Shown here in pieces: positions 46,838 to 57,966 of a stretch of 64,000 bases of DNA. The stretch is from an uncultured bacterium (GTDB lineage Bacteria > Acidobacteriota > HRBIN11 > JAKEFK01). The notes below the pieces were generated by a model, which searched no databases, was not told the origin of the DNA, and was given only the letters and a program-made list of their open reading frames with translations. The position numbers were made by a program, and so were the translations under genes. Where the stretch lies: assembly GCA_963777505.1 (NCBI GenBank), contig CAVZQN010000004.1, positions 800,001-864,000 on the forward strand, given 5' to 3'. How positions within the stretch are numbered: position 1 is the stretch's first letter; each line of letters opens with the position of its first letter.

Positions 46838-47494
46838 TCAGTCGATAATATAGCCGTTCCGTGTAATAAACAGCTTTCGCCTTCCACCTGAAAAATATGG
46901 AGATTCTACGTAAACAGCTTCAGGAAATTTGCAATATTTTCTGTTGCGATGCAGGAATCTGAAGATGACATCTGCGCCATGATCGGCGAGCCATTCATCA
47001 TTCGGTTGCTGATAGTGATGTTTGTTTTGTTCAATGCTTGTGAAGGTAATTAATTTTTCATAGTTTCCGAGCCCGGTGAATCGTATCCATTTTGGAAATC
47101 TTAGAAAAATTCCACCCGCTGAAGCGCGCGATCCGCTCCAGCGAAAATCTGTTGTGTGACCACGATTGTCAGTGTATTGAACGACACCTCGTTTTATTGC
47201 AGCCGTTCCTGCTGGATAAGCTCTGTCACCTACGTATCGATACGTGGAAAGATAGACGGCGGTGAGAATAAGAACAGCGGAAAGAATTAGAAAGGGAAGC
47301 CAAAACAAAACTGCATTTCGCTGAAATCGTAACAGAATAGGGTCATAGGGATAGGGAGGGTTCCATTTTCGCCGCAGTTGAGAGTACATCGTCGCCATTC
47401 TGCGGCAGAAAAAATAGAGACAAAATAAGAACAGTCCTGCGGCGACTAGCGTAAACCGCAAGTACGGACCCTGAAATGCAGAAACCAGCGACAT
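46838..47494 (-). CDS. Hypothetical two-TM membrane protein
   Basis: 218-aa ORF in operon context; two hydrophobic helices. Confidence 0.6.
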   Translation of the reverse strand: MSLVSAFQGPYLRFTLVAAGLFLFCLYFFCRRMATMYSQLRRKWNPPYPYDPILLRFQRNAVLFWLPFLILSAVLILTAVYLSTYRYVGDRAYPAGTAAIKRGVVQYTDNRGHTTDFRWSGSRASAGGIFLRFPKWIRFTGLGNYEKLITFTSIEQNKHHYQQPNDEWLADHGADVIFRFLHRNRKYCKFPEAVYVESPYFSGGRRKLFITRNGYIID

Positions 47495-47509
47495 CTATTT
47501 GAGGCCGGA

Positions 47510-47791
47510 CTACGGCGCGAGAATTTTCACATCTGACAACAATGGCCGTTTCAAGTACCGGTTAATTTTGCTGATAATTTCCGGCTTCATTGAATTCAGT
47601 GTTGAAAGCCATTGCGGATGGTGAACGCGCACTGTCAGCACTCCCTCCTGGAATCGTTCGGGCTCTGTTACTTTTCGTAAATTTTCCCCGACACAATAAT
47701 TCCAGGCAATCCGCACGATTCCCTGTTGCACTTCCGGAATGTCCGCGTAATGCTCCGTAAATACTGGATACAGTTCCGCGATTGGGAACAT
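47510..47791 (-). CDS. DUF721/DciA family protein
   Basis: W...VG, T.P..F..GVLTVRV....W...L......I..KIN. Confidence 0.75.
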   Translation of the reverse strand: MFPIAELYPVFTEHYADIPEVQQGIVRIAWNYCVGENLRKVTEPERFQEGVLTVRVHHPQWLSTLNSMKPEIISKINRYLKRPLLSDVKILAP

Positions 47792-47792
47792 C

Positions 47793-48293
47793 TCACTCCA
47801 TTATGATCAAAACCTGTTGTGAGGAAACAGGCGCACCTTCGGAAACTAAAATCTGTAGCACCTTACCTGGGCGCGGCGCCTTCAATTCGTTCTGCATTTT
47901 CATGGCTTCCATGATCAGCAGAGCGTCTCCCTCTTTGACTTCTTTGTTTTCTGTTACCGCGATCTTTACAATCTTGCCCGGCATTGGCGCAAAAACTTTA
48001 AATGGGCCCGCCGGCGTAGATTTTTTTGCAAGTTCGGACGCTTTGAACTTGCGAGCCTCATACAACTCAAAAAGAATTGTTCCATTGTGAAAATGCGCCT
48101 CAAAACGATTATTCTGTTTTGCAAGCGCAACTTCGTATGATTCGCCTTCCACCAGCAGCGAAAAAACCTGCGGATCCGGTCGAACCGCATTTACAGTAAA
48201 AGTTTTCTCTCCAATTGTCAAACTATAACTTCCATTTTTTTGTTCCACTTCAACGGAAACTTGTTTTCCCGAAATCATTGCAATGAATTTCAT
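47793..48293 (-). CDS. Biotin carboxyl carrier protein
   Basis: APMPGKIV, EAMKMQNE. Confidence 0.92.
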   Translation of the reverse strand: MKFIAMISGKQVSVEVEQKNGSYSLTIGEKTFTVNAVRPDPQVFSLLVEGESYEVALAKQNNRFEAHFHNGTILFELYEARKFKASELAKKSTPAGPFKVFAPMPGKIVKIAVTENKEVKEGDALLIMEAMKMQNELKAPRPGKVLQILVSEGAPVSSQQVLIIME

Positions 48294-49792
48294 TCGCGTA
48301 ATCCCTCTTTTCTTCCAAGTATTTTCCAGGCATTCACTTGTTTTGAAGAAGGATCTGGTATTTGTGAAAATCCGGATGTTAGACGCTCAAATTCCGAAAT
48401 CGCAGCTGCAGCCAGCGCGATGTCTTCATATGGATTTTGTTCTGAAGTTTTTTCTTTTTTAAAGAAGTCATCAATAAATGAAGTTGTGACGTTTCCTTTT
48501 TCGAACGCTGTAGTTCTTAACACCTGCTGATAAAAGGGGATTGTCGTTTTAATTCCGACAACAAGATATTCCTCCAGCGCTCGTGTCATCCGTTCGATTG
48601 CTTCTTTGCGATTTCGTCCCCATGCGACAAGCTTGGACAAGAGTGGATCGTAATGGATAGGCACTTCGAATCCCTCATAAATTCCACTGTCATCACGGAT
48701 TCCCGGGCCACCAGGGACACGTAAGGTCGAGATAATTCCTGGAAATGGAAGGAAATTATGTTTCGGATCTTCTGCATAAATCCGGCACTCAATCGCAGCA
48801 CCGCGAAAAACAATGTCTTTCTGACTGAATTGCAATTTTTCTCCAGCAGCAATTCGGATCTGTTCCTTTACGATATCGACTCCGGTCACCATTTCTGTTG
48901 TTGGATGCTCTACCTGCACACGAGTATTCATTTCAAGGAAATAAAAATTCTGATTTGCATCCACAAGAAATTCCATGGTGCCCGCATTTGTATAACCGAT
49001 ATCCTGCGCCGTTCGTACAGCAGCTGAACACATGTTTTCGCGTGTCTCATTTGTAATGAAAGGAGAAGGACATTCTTCAATCACTTTTTGATGCCTGCGT
49101 TGAATTGAACATTCCCGTTCACCAAGATGAATTACATTTCCAAAATGATCGGCGATCACCTGAATTTCTACATGATGAGGACTCTTAATCTGCTTTTCCA
49201 AATAAACGGATGAATCACCAAAAGCTGACAATGCTTCTGATTGCGCAATTTCAAAAGCAGCTTTCAATTCAGACTGACTTGAAGCAAGACGGAGGCCTTT
49301 ACCGCCGCCACCTGCTGCTGCCTTAATCATGATCGGGTAACCAAATTCATCCGCAATTCGTATCGCTTCATTGAGGTCGCTGATCGGTTCAAGCGTACCT
49401 GGCACCACTGGCATTCCTGTGCGCGTAACAGCTTGCCGCGCTTGTGTTTTGTTGCCCATCAATTCAATGATCTGACTTTTGGGTCCAATGAAAATAATGC
49501 CGGCTTTTTCGCAGGCTTCAGCAAAACCAGCACGCTCCGATAAAAAACCATACCCGGGATGAACTGCTTCACATTTTGTTTCTTTAATACATTCAATAAT
49601 CCGCGGAATATTGAGATAACTTTCTGAAGAAGGGGAAGGACCCAACAAGATCGCTTCATCCGCAAGCCGCACAGCAAGCGATGTGCGATCGGCTTCGGAA
49701 TAGCCCACGACTGCAGTTTTCCCCATCTCGCGACATGCGCGGATGATCCGGACGGCGATCTCGCCACGGTTGGCTATGAATATTCGATTCAT
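48290..49792 (-). CDS. accC: Biotin carboxylase subunit
   Basis: IANRGEIA, HPGYGFLSE, GGGGKG, FLEMNTRVQVEH. Confidence 0.93.
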   Translation of the reverse strand: MNRIFIANRGEIAVRIIRACREMGKTAVVGYSEADRTSLAVRLADEAILLGPSPSSESYLNIPRIIECIKETKCEAVHPGYGFLSERAGFAEACEKAGIIFIGPKSQIIELMGNKTQARQAVTRTGMPVVPGTLEPISDLNEAIRIADEFGYPIMIKAAAGGGGKGLRLASSQSELKAAFEIAQSEALSAFGDSSVYLEKQIKSPHHVEIQVIADHFGNVIHLGERECSIQRRHQKVIEECPSPFITNETRENMCSAAVRTAQDIGYTNAGTMEFLVDANQNFYFLEMNTRVQVEHPTTEMVTGVDIVKEQIRIAAGEKLQFSQKDIVFRGAAIECRIYAEDPKHNFLPFPGIISTLRVPGGPGIRDDSGIYEGFEVPIHYDPLLSKLVAWGRNRKEAIERMTRALEEYLVVGIKTTIPFYQQVLRTTAFEKGNVTTSFIDDFFKKEKTSEQNPYEDIALAAAAISEFERLTSGFSQIPDPSSKQVNAWKILGRKEGLRE

Positions 49793-49826
49793 GTGTATAC
49801 GCAAGTATAAGTGAAGTTGTACCGGC

Positions 49827-50006
49827 GGGGGAGCGGAGGTGCAGGGGAGCAGGGGGGCGGAGGAGCGGGGGAGGAGAGGGGAGAAAGGGTGAAGGGGAGA
49901 AAGGGTGAAGGGAGAAAGGGAGAAAGTGATAGCCGGTTAAAATGAAAGCGTATGACAAATACGTTTAGCCGATCACCCTCGCTCCCCTGCTCCCTTTCTC
50001 CCCTGC
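49827..50006. repeat. Purine-rich 8-mer array with downstream pyrimidine-rich inverted array
   Basis: GGGGAGCA / GGGAGAAA units 49827-49926 and CTCCCCTG units 49974-50006; same unit at 59341-59384. Confidence 0.75.
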
Positions 50007-50048
50007 ATTATCCATATACAAACGCAAAGAAGCGGAGAATAATTCTCC

Positions 50049-51590
50049 CTACAACGGAATATTCCCGTGCTTCTTCGGTGGATTTTTGTCCCTCTTGTTT
50101 TCCAGCGCCGCTAGGGCGGTGATCAGCTTTGCGCGGGTATGTTGTGGTTCGATTACTTCATCGATGAATCCGCGTTCTGCTGCCACATAGGGACTTGCGA
50201 ATTTTTCTCTGTATTCCTGGATCATTTTTTGGCGGAATGCTTCCGGATCTTTAGCCTTTGCAATTTCACGCTTATATACAATATTTACTGCGCCTTCGGG
50301 ACCCATCACCGCAATTTCAGCACCCGGATAAGCAAAATTAAAATCGGTGCGAATATGTTTGCTTGCCATAACGCAATATGCGCCACCATATGACTTACGT
50401 GTGATTACAGTAATTTTAGGTACAGTCGCTTCAGCAAATGCATACAGGAGCTTGGCACCATGTTTGATAATTCCGTTAAATTCCTGATCGGTTCCCGGAA
50501 GAAATCCTGGAACATCTTCAAAAACAATTAAAGGAATATTGAAACAATCGCAAAAACGAACAAACCGCGCAGCTTTAATTGACGCATTGATATCAAGTGT
50601 TCCTGCCAGATGGGCGGGTTGATTCGCAACAATTCCGGCTGTGCGTCCTGCGAATCGCGCAAAACCGATCACGATGTTTTGAGCGAAATACGGTTGTACC
50701 TCAAAAAAATTCCGATCATCAACTACCGAATGAATTAATACTTTGATGTCATAGGGTAAGTTTGGATCTTCCGGTATGAGCGTCAGCAAAGATTCATCCG
50801 ATCGACCCGGATCATCGGAAGTTTTCACAAAAGGAGGATCTTCTGCATTGTTGGACGGTAAATACGAAAAGAGTTCGCGGATTGAAGTTAAGCAGGATTG
50901 ATCGTCTTCAACTGCAAAATGTGCAACACCGCTAAGCGCATTGTGTGTCATCGCGCCGCCTAACTCTTCTTTTGTAACTTCCTCATGCGTTACTGTTTTG
51001 ATTACATCGGGACCTGTAATAAACATGTAACTCGTATCTTTGACCATAAAAATGAAATCAGTGATTGCAGGAGAATAAACGGCTCCACCTGCACAGGGTC
51101 CCATAATTGCACTGATCTGGGGAATCACACCCGATGCAAGTGTATTGCGCAAAAAGATGTCCGCATACCCTGCAAGACTTGCAACTCCTTCCTGAATGCG
51201 TGCGCCGCCGGAATCATTCAGGCCAATAACCGGAGCACCAGCTTTCATCGCAAGATCCATAATCTTGCAGACTTTTGCTGCATTCGTTTCACTGAGGCTG
51301 CCGCCGAAGACTGTAAAATCTTGCGCGAAAAGAAATACGAGACGTCCATCTATCCGGCCGTGACCCGTGATGAAACCATCTCCTGGAATTTTCTGTTCTT
51401 GCATTCCAAAATCCAGGCATCGATGAACGACAAAACGATCGGTTTCAACAAACGAACCTTCATCAACCAGCAGCGAAATTCTTTCACGTGCCGACAGTTT
51501 TCCTTCTTTATGTTGTCTTTCGATGCGCTCTTCGCCACCACCCTGATCGGATTGCTCATTTCGTTTGCGGAGTTCGTCTATCTTTTTCAT
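50049..51590 (-). CDS. pccB: Acyl-CoA (propionyl/methylmalonyl-CoA) carboxyltransferase beta subunit
   Basis: [35 protein letters not shown]. Confidence 0.92.
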   Translation of the reverse strand: MKKIDELRKRNEQSDQGGGEERIERQHKEGKLSARERISLLVDEGSFVETDRFVVHRCLDFGMQEQKIPGDGFITGHGRIDGRLVFLFAQDFTVFGGSLSETNAAKVCKIMDLAMKAGAPVIGLNDSGGARIQEGVASLAGYADIFLRNTLASGVIPQISAIMGPCAGGAVYSPAITDFIFMVKDTSYMFITGPDVIKTVTHEEVTKEELGGAMTHNALSGVAHFAVEDDQSCLTSIRELFSYLPSNNAEDPPFVKTSDDPGRSDESLLTLIPEDPNLPYDIKVLIHSVVDDRNFFEVQPYFAQNIVIGFARFAGRTAGIVANQPAHLAGTLDINASIKAARFVRFCDCFNIPLIVFEDVPGFLPGTDQEFNGIIKHGAKLLYAFAEATVPKITVITRKSYGGAYCVMASKHIRTDFNFAYPGAEIAVMGPEGAVNIVYKREIAKAKDPEAFRQKMIQEYREKFASPYVAAERGFIDEVIEPQHTRAKLITALAALENKRDKNPPKKHGNIPL

Positions 51591-51626
51591 ATCTTATTCA
51601 CCACAGAGACACAAAGTTCATCGATA

Positions 51627-53918
51627 CTATTCATCAATATACCCCAGAGCTTTGAGGTTTTCGCGGGTAGTTTCGTCCATGGTAGCGTGTTCGGCTTTTT
51701 GCCATGCTCCTATTTTTTTGCTTGCTGAAAGCCATCCGAAAACTCTGCTTCGTAAATACGCGGCTTGAACAGGATCTTTGTCAATCCTGTTATCTTTTTC
51801 GAGCGGATCAGCCTTCAGGTTGTAGAGCTCTTCGTTTCTGGATTGAATGTGTACCATGTATTTAAGATCATTTTCAATATAGCCATACGCTTGTGACGCA
51901 ATAGTCTGAGTCATGACTGGCCTTGTTGGAAAGTCTGATGATGAAAGATATGGAATGATACTGTTCCCATCGACATTCCAATTTCGACGCGAAAATTGCA
52001 TAAGATCTACAAGTGTTGGATAGATATCAACCGTCCGTACCGGCTGACTAATCCTTTTCCCTTTCAGCGGAGTTTGATCAGCGAATTTAATGACAAGTGG
52101 AATATGAATACTTTCTTCATAAAGTTGCGAATTATGGCCTTGAAAATTGTGTTCCCAGAATGCTTCACCATGATCTGCGGTAACAACGATCACAGTATTT
52201 TTATAAACGTTCAGTTGTTTTAATTTTTCGATGACACGGCCAACTTCATAGTCCCCATATAAAAGGTTTTCATCATATGTCGCGATGATGTAATCGCGAT
52301 CCGCTTTTGTTGCATCCACTTCTCCCATATTGATTTTCCGCCGCATTTCGTAAGAAGCGTCTCGATATCCTTTATAGGATGGATCTGTAAAGCGGTTCTT
52401 GAATTTCTCCGGAGGGTTAAATGGAGCATGAGGTTCTCGATAGTGTAAGTACGCAAAAAATGGACGATTCTTATCTGAGCGCTCAAGCCATTGAACAAAT
52501 CTGTTTGTGATATCTGAGCCCCATCCCGTATAATTTGGCTCCCGAAAAACTTCACGAACTTCCTTAAATCCTTGCGTCATTCCAAATGTATTTGAAGCAT
52601 TTCCATTTGCAACGAATGTTCCGGTATCGTATCCGCCCGATTGAAATCGCTCTGCAAGCGTAACAGTTGCGGAAGGAAGTTTGCTTTTCCGTAAAATGAT
52701 TTGATGGTTATAAGGATCGAGCCCTGACATTAAACTTGCAGTAGATGCCAGTGTATAAACTGCCTGGCAGTATGCTCGCTCAAACACGATACCTTCACGC
52801 GCTAACGCGTCAAAATTTGGTGCGGTCTTTCGATTGTATCCATAAGTCTGATAATGCTTCGCGCCTGCCGCATCCTGAACGATAACGATAACATTTGCGC
52901 CACGGTTGGCTTTGCGGATCCCTTCCACAATTTCCTGGTTAACATCAGGAGAATCAAGGGCATCCTGAAAAAGCACAGGCTCAATCCACGCAGCTTTTCC
53001 CGAATCAAAAACAGAATTTCTTTTTAACCCGAGCTCAATTTCATAAATAGCCGGTTCACTGGACGTAATGTGTTTTGATAGTGCAACATCTTCAAATGAT
53101 AGAATTTCTTTGTCTGTTCGTTTCTGGAAAATTCTTTTTTCAGATTGTCCATCCCTTCGTAATGTAACAGCGAATTCGGCAAAATCATCATCATCGGAAA
53201 TTGCAGCTGGATCAAAAAAGACTCCGAATTTAAGTCTGGAATTTTTATTGAGTTTTTCGTAATAACGAATTGTTCCACCGGCGGGTAAAACGAGTGCCGC
53301 GCGCCTTTTTCCATCAAAATTCAAGGACTGCGCTTCTGGCTCCGGATGTTTTTCGCCAATGTGTGGTGGTCCTGACAAATATTGTGCCGGAGTAATGACT
53401 GCATAGTAAGCTGAAGCTGCAAGAGTTCGTTGATCATTTTCGTGGGTTCTTAATTCATTCCACTTGAACTCGATAACATTTGTCTCAGGTAGCAGAGCTT
53501 TCGCAGGCAATTGAAGTGAATGAATATCAGCTTCGCCATTAACTTGAATTCTTCCTGCATCCTGTTTATTCAACAGAACGCTGACGGAATTCGGGAAAAA
53601 GGATCCTAACTTGATATGCAGATAAAGTGGAGTGATGCGGGGAGTCTTAAAGAAAAAGGATGTTTTTTCGGCAGAAGCCCATTGGAAAGTTTCATTTCCA
53701 TCCTTTTCTGGTTGCGACCATCCTGAGAGCAAAAACTTTTTATCTTCACTTCTACCAAAGATGATGACCTGGGATTGATCGTTTTTCTCAGCGTATGGAA
53801 GTCGTTTGATAAGATCAATTGGAATTTGCGAAGTTGTGTGCGATCGGCATCCTGAAAGGATCAGGCAGAGAAGTAGTGCGATTTTCAAATGCATGAATGA
53901 GCTCAACCGCCAAGACAA
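51627..53918 (-). CDS. Sulfatase-like hydrolase/transferase lipoprotein with N-terminal beta domains; Thr-type active site
   Basis: Lipobox LSGC; NVIVIVQDA, YTLAST in place of CxPxR, EPHAP, ADHGE, LKALGYI. Confidence 0.82.
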   Translation of the reverse strand: MSWRLSSFMHLKIALLLCLILSGCRSHTTSQIPIDLIKRLPYAEKNDQSQVIIFGRSEDKKFLLSGWSQPEKDGNETFQWASAEKTSFFFKTPRITPLYLHIKLGSFFPNSVSVLLNKQDAGRIQVNGEADIHSLQLPAKALLPETNVIEFKWNELRTHENDQRTLAASAYYAVITPAQYLSGPPHIGEKHPEPEAQSLNFDGKRRAALVLPAGGTIRYYEKLNKNSRLKFGVFFDPAAISDDDDFAEFAVTLRRDGQSEKRIFQKRTDKEILSFEDVALSKHITSSEPAIYEIELGLKRNSVFDSGKAAWIEPVLFQDALDSPDVNQEIVEGIRKANRGANVIVIVQDAAGAKHYQTYGYNRKTAPNFDALAREGIVFERAYCQAVYTLASTASLMSGLDPYNHQIILRKSKLPSATVTLAERFQSGGYDTGTFVANGNASNTFGMTQGFKEVREVFREPNYTGWGSDITNRFVQWLERSDKNRPFFAYLHYREPHAPFNPPEKFKNRFTDPSYKGYRDASYEMRRKINMGEVDATKADRDYIIATYDENLLYGDYEVGRVIEKLKQLNVYKNTVIVVTADHGEAFWEHNFQGHNSQLYEESIHIPLVIKFADQTPLKGKRISQPVRTVDIYPTLVDLMQFSRRNWNVDGNSIIPYLSSSDFPTRPVMTQTIASQAYGYIENDLKYMVHIQSRNEELYNLKADPLEKDNRIDKDPVQAAYLRSRVFGWLSASKKIGAWQKAEHATMDETTRENLKALGYIDE

Positions 53919-53929
53919 GACGCCAAGAA

Positions 53930-54574
53930 TTATTTTTTAACCTTTTCCCAGTCTTTGCGGAATTTTTCTGCACCAATGTCCGTTAGCGGATGGTTCAGAA
54001 GTTTATCCAGGACATTATAAGGCATGGTTGCAATATCGGCTCCTGCCATGGCTGCCTGAACAACATGTACAGGATGACGAATGCTGGCCGCGAGAATTTC
54101 TGTTTCCAAATCGTAATTGTCGAAAATGGTAACTAGCTGATCGATCAATTCCATTCCATCAATTGCGATATCATCCAATCTCCCGATAAATGGACTCACA
54201 AATGCAGCTCCGGCTTTTGCTGCAAGCAACGCTTGAGTCGGAGAGAAAATCAAAGTGACATTAATGCTGATCCCTTCTGATGACAGCTTTTTTATGACTT
54301 TCAGTCCTTCCCAATTGATCGGAACTTTCACAACTATATTGTCGGCAATTTTTGCGAGAGATTTGCCTTCTTCAACCATTTCTTCGAAACGAGTCCCGAC
54401 AACTTCAGCGCTTACAGGACCTGATACAACCTTGCAGATTTCTTGCAGAATTTCCCTATAATCACCCGATTCTTTTGAAATTAAAGATGGATTAGTTGTG
54501 ACACCATCAAGAATTCCCATTGCCTGAGCTTCACGAATTTCTTTCAGGCTGGCTGTATCAATGAAAATTTTCAT
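53930..54574 (-). CDS. tal: Transaldolase / fructose-6-phosphate aldolase family
   Basis: [31 protein letters not shown]. Confidence 0.9.
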   Translation of the reverse strand: MKIFIDTASLKEIREAQAMGILDGVTTNPSLISKESGDYREILQEICKVVSGPVSAEVVGTRFEEMVEEGKSLAKIADNIVVKVPINWEGLKVIKKLSSEGISINVTLIFSPTQALLAAKAGAAFVSPFIGRLDDIAIDGMELIDQLVTIFDNYDLETEILAASIRHPVHVVQAAMAGADIATMPYNVLDKLLNHPLTDIGAEKFRKDWEKVKK

Positions 54575-54616
54575 TAGCCGTCACCTCCTGCATGCATTAT
54601 AAACAATTTCAAAAAA

Positions 54617-54685
54617 GTAGGGGCGGGTCTAAGACCCGCCCGAATAAGTCTCGATATAGCGGGCAGGTTTTTGACCCGCCCCTAC
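54617..54685. repeat. REP-like doublet, family A
   Basis: GTAGGGGCGGGTCTAAGACCCGCCC...GGGCAGGTTTTTGACCCGCCCCTAC. Confidence 0.85.
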
Positions 54686-54697
54686 GAATTCAAAAAA

Positions 54698-56224
54698 TTA
54701 ACTGCTTGGTACTTCTACTGGTACAAAGAAAGTATTGCCGCGGCGATAAATCAAGAAGAGGAGTGATTCGCCCACTTTGGCACGTGAAACGATATCACGA
54801 TAATCATCGACACTTTTTACTGGACGTCGATTGATTTCCAGAATGACGTCACCACGTTGAATTTCCGCCGTCTCTGCAGGGCTATTTACCTTGACTCGTG
54901 TTACGACAACGCCTTCTTCATTTTCCATCTCTAACTGGCGTGCGGTATCTGAATCAAGATCCTTAACCGTTAATCCAAGTTCCGCTGTTTCTTTTTCTTC
55001 ATCGGTACCTAATTCCTCACCGGAGGCAAGTTCCGTATCTTTCATGGTTCCGACTGTTACGGTTAATTCCTTTTCCTTTTTGTCGCGAAGAACTTTCATC
55101 TTTACTTGAGAGCCGGGTTTTGTCGCTGCTACGAGCTTCGGAAGTTCATTTCCTTCTTTTAAGGGTTTACCGTTGTATTCAATAATGACGTCGCCACGTT
55201 GTACGCCTGCTTGGTCTGCAGCTGATCCCTTGGTGACATCGGAAACGACTGCGCCATAATCCGCGCCAAATTCACGCTTCATGGCATCATTCCATTGTGA
55301 TTGGATAGAAACACCAAGCTGTCCGCGGATTACACGTCCTGAGGATTTTAACTGTGGCAAAATTTCTTTTGCCATATTAATCGGAACTGCGAATCCAATT
55401 CCTGCAGATTGTCCTGTTCTACTTGCGATCGCAGTATTGATTCCAATCACTTCACCACGCAAATTCAAGAGCGGTCCACCACTATTTCCAGGATTGATCG
55501 AGGCATCAGTTTGAATGAAATCTTCAAATGTAACGCTGCCTAGAGCTCTTCCTTTTGCACTGACAACACCAACGGTGACTGTGTGTCCCAAATTAAAAGG
55601 ATTGCCAATTGCGATTACCCAATCACCGACTTCAAGAACGCCGGAATCACCGAGTGGAGCGGCTATGAGTTCGCTTTTGGGTTCAATCTTTATTAAAGCA
55701 ATATCAGTCTTAGGATCACGACCGATTATTTTGGCATCAAGGCCATTACGGCCTGTTACATCATCATCTTCAAATGAAACTTTGATTGATTCTGCATTTT
55801 CAATGACATGATTATTTGTCAGAATATATCCATCTGCATCGATCACTACGCCAGAACCTAGCGAGTTTTGTCTGCTTTCACGTTCTTCTTCGGGTCGATC
55901 ACCGAAGAAGCGGCGGAAAAACGGATCATCACCAAAAAAATCATGAAAAGGATCACGCCCACGCACAACTTGCGTTGTGTAAATGTTTACAACTGTGGGG
56001 TTTAAACGTTTTGCAATTTTACGAAATACATCGAACGTTAAAGGCTGACCGGAAAGGTCTTCTGGGGATATTGTGCGGGCCACGCGAGTGACGTCAGCCT
56101 TTTCAGTATCCTGGCCAACGGCTTGGTTAAATAAATCAAGCCGAGCAGTAAAAACCATTCCAGCAATCAGGCCAACCAGCGCCACGCCGATCAGGGCCGC
56201 CAAGCCATATCGCCTGTTGCTCAT
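54698..56224 (-). CDS. degP: DegP/DegQ (Do) serine protease with two PDZ domains
   Basis: TNNHV, D..TDIA, INPGNSGGPL, two PDZ. Confidence 0.92.
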   Translation of the reverse strand: MSNRRYGLAALIGVALVGLIAGMVFTARLDLFNQAVGQDTEKADVTRVARTISPEDLSGQPLTFDVFRKIAKRLNPTVVNIYTTQVVRGRDPFHDFFGDDPFFRRFFGDRPEEERESRQNSLGSGVVIDADGYILTNNHVIENAESIKVSFEDDDVTGRNGLDAKIIGRDPKTDIALIKIEPKSELIAAPLGDSGVLEVGDWVIAIGNPFNLGHTVTVGVVSAKGRALGSVTFEDFIQTDASINPGNSGGPLLNLRGEVIGINTAIASRTGQSAGIGFAVPINMAKEILPQLKSSGRVIRGQLGVSIQSQWNDAMKREFGADYGAVVSDVTKGSAADQAGVQRGDVIIEYNGKPLKEGNELPKLVAATKPGSQVKMKVLRDKKEKELTVTVGTMKDTELASGEELGTDEEKETAELGLTVKDLDSDTARQLEMENEEGVVVTRVKVNSPAETAEIQRGDVILEINRRPVKSVDDYRDIVSRAKVGESLLFLIYRRGNTFFVPVEVPSS

Positions 56225-56247
56225 TTATTGATTCCTCCTACTTATTA

Positions 56248-56373
56248 AGCTGTGAAAAATGCCTTGTAATGCTGGAATCTCGCCGGCTCTAATAAGAAGC
56301 TCGAGCTCGGCCGGCCGGGAGGCCAGCGTTACAAATCCTAAGGCACAGATTGTTTTCTGCATTTTTCACAGCT
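56248..56373. mobile_element. MITE-like element
   Basis: Perfect terminal inverted repeat AGCTGTGAAAAATGC (56248-62 / 56359-73) flanked on both sides by TATTA. Confidence 0.8.
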
Positions 56374-56427
56374 TATTACACTTCCAATGTTAAATATCGA
56401 ACAAAAAAAAGCAAATAGGTACTTTTT

Positions 56428-56527
56428 TAGTAAGGTACGCGGTCGGACGCATGAAATGCGGCCGACAGCACCGTAAATATTGTCGCTACGGCACTGCTTC
56501 GCTTCGCTCAGCTGCGTGCCTTACTAC
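56428..56527. repeat. REP-like ~100-bp element, family B (inverted copy)
   Basis: TAGTAAGGTACGC...GCGTGCCTTACTAC. Confidence 0.8.
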
Positions 56528-56530
56528 AAA

Positions 56531-57430
56531 CTAATCTTCAAAAAGCCCGGGTTGTTTCTTCTTTTTACTTGTTTTTCGGGCAATTTTCTTTAGTTGCGGA
56601 AACTCTTCAAGCATCGGTTCAGGTACGTCTACAGGTCCTTCTGTAACTTTTGACTTCAACTGTAGAATATTGGCCGGCGCTTGTCCGCGAAAATGATTAT
56701 TTCCTACTACAATTACCTCTTTCGATTTTTCTCCCATTTCATGAATTCGGGGTACCCAATCATCCAATTCTTGATCACTGTATAAATAGTCGTAACGGGC
56801 ATCCCTGTTTTCGCGTCCTTTGCCTTTGGCAAACCAATTAGCGTAATTCCTGCCATGAAAACGTATATATGATGTTTGACCAATGACATGAGCAGAAGGA
56901 CGGATCATTTTTTTGAAAACTGGTTCATCCACATTACAAAAGCCGATATTATTTTTCTGCATCCATTTGAAAACACCTTCTTCAATCCAGCTTCTATGTC
57001 TGAACTCCACAACCAATGAATATTTTTTAAAATAGTCTGCAATTTCTTCCAGCCGTTCCTGATTTTCAGGCAAATTACGAAATGAAATCGGGAATTGCGC
57101 AAGCAAACAGGCAAGACGTCCTTCATCAACCAGCGGTTTAATTGCTTTTATGTAAGCCTGGACATCTTCTTTTTTGAGAGGTTTTTTTACGTGAGTAAAT
57201 TCTTGGAAAAGTTTCGCAGTAAATTTGAATTTAGGATTATGCTGGACCCTTTTTGCCCAGCTTTCGGCCATCTTAACTTCAGGAACCCGATAGAATGTGT
57301 TATTCAACTCGATTAAATCGAAATACGAAGCGAGATACGCAAGTTCATCAAAACCACGTTGACGCGGTGCCGGATACACAATGCCTTTCCAATCTTCATA
57401 GGACCAACCTGCAATGCCGAATAACACCAT
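56531..57430 (-). CDS. DUF72 (YecE-like) TIM-barrel protein
   Basis: GIAGWSYEDW, IELNNTFY, LAQFP, VEFRH.SW, YIRFHGRN, RYDYLYS, NNH. Confidence 0.9.
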   Translation of the reverse strand: MVLFGIAGWSYEDWKGIVYPAPRQRGFDELAYLASYFDLIELNNTFYRVPEVKMAESWAKRVQHNPKFKFTAKLFQEFTHVKKPLKKEDVQAYIKAIKPLVDEGRLACLLAQFPISFRNLPENQERLEEIADYFKKYSLVVEFRHRSWIEEGVFKWMQKNNIGFCNVDEPVFKKMIRPSAHVIGQTSYIRFHGRNYANWFAKGKGRENRDARYDYLYSDQELDDWVPRIHEMGEKSKEVIVVGNNHFRGQAPANILQLKSKVTEGPVDVPEPMLEEFPQLKKIARKTSKKKKQPGLFED

Positions 57431-57489
57431 AAAATTAAAAGTTAGAGAGAAAAAATAAAAATTAGATTGAGTTAGGGAGTTTATTTTTG

Positions 57490-57889
57490 ATTTTTCATTT
57501 TTAAAGAGTATTTCAAGAATAATTCCATATCCCACAAAAACTATCCCAAACAACGCAAGCGTAATATGCATAACATGTCTCAACCCTGAGGATGCTGATA
57601 CAGCTGCCGGAGGTGGGAAAATTGCTAGAAGAATAAAGAAAAGCAATCCAAAGCATGCTCCTTTCCACAGTGCAGGAGCGCCAAGTTTTTTCCTGATTGC
57701 AGCGTAGACAAGCGCAGCTGGAACTCCAAAAAGAAGTCCACTTGCGATCACTTCAAGCGTTCCTCCCCATGAAAATCCACTGGAACCAAGCGCGATCATG
57801 GCGATGATCCACATTGCTACACGTCCCCCAATGCCCAGAAATAGGCCGGACACCAGACTCGCCACTATAAGTCTTCGCCAAAACATCAT
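57490..57889 (-). CDS. Four-TM hypothetical membrane protein, read in frame into DUF72 as written; true 3' end uncertain
   Basis: GIGGRVAM, FSWGGT, four hydrophobic helices followed by an AT-rich low-complexity linker. Confidence 0.55.
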
Positions 57890-57891
57890 TA

Positions 57892-57952
57892 ATAGAGAAT
57901 AGAGAATGGAGGATAGAGGATTGTAGGAGCTATCCTCTATCCTCCATCCTCT
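57892..57952. repeat. Inverted 7-mer arrays
   Basis: ATAGAGA/ATGGAGG/ATAGAGG units facing TATCCTC/CATCCTC units in a divergent intergenic gap. Confidence 0.65.
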
Positions 57953-57966
57953 CTTCGTTTATAATT

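Noticed and set aside
49656-49958. 100-aa Pro-rich ORF
   Set aside because: Translation of the purine/pyrimidine repeat
56531-57889. Membrane protein-DUF72 fusion
   Set aside because: Linker is AT-rich inverted low-complexity DNA and DUF72 has its normal start at 57430; likely read-through or an indel
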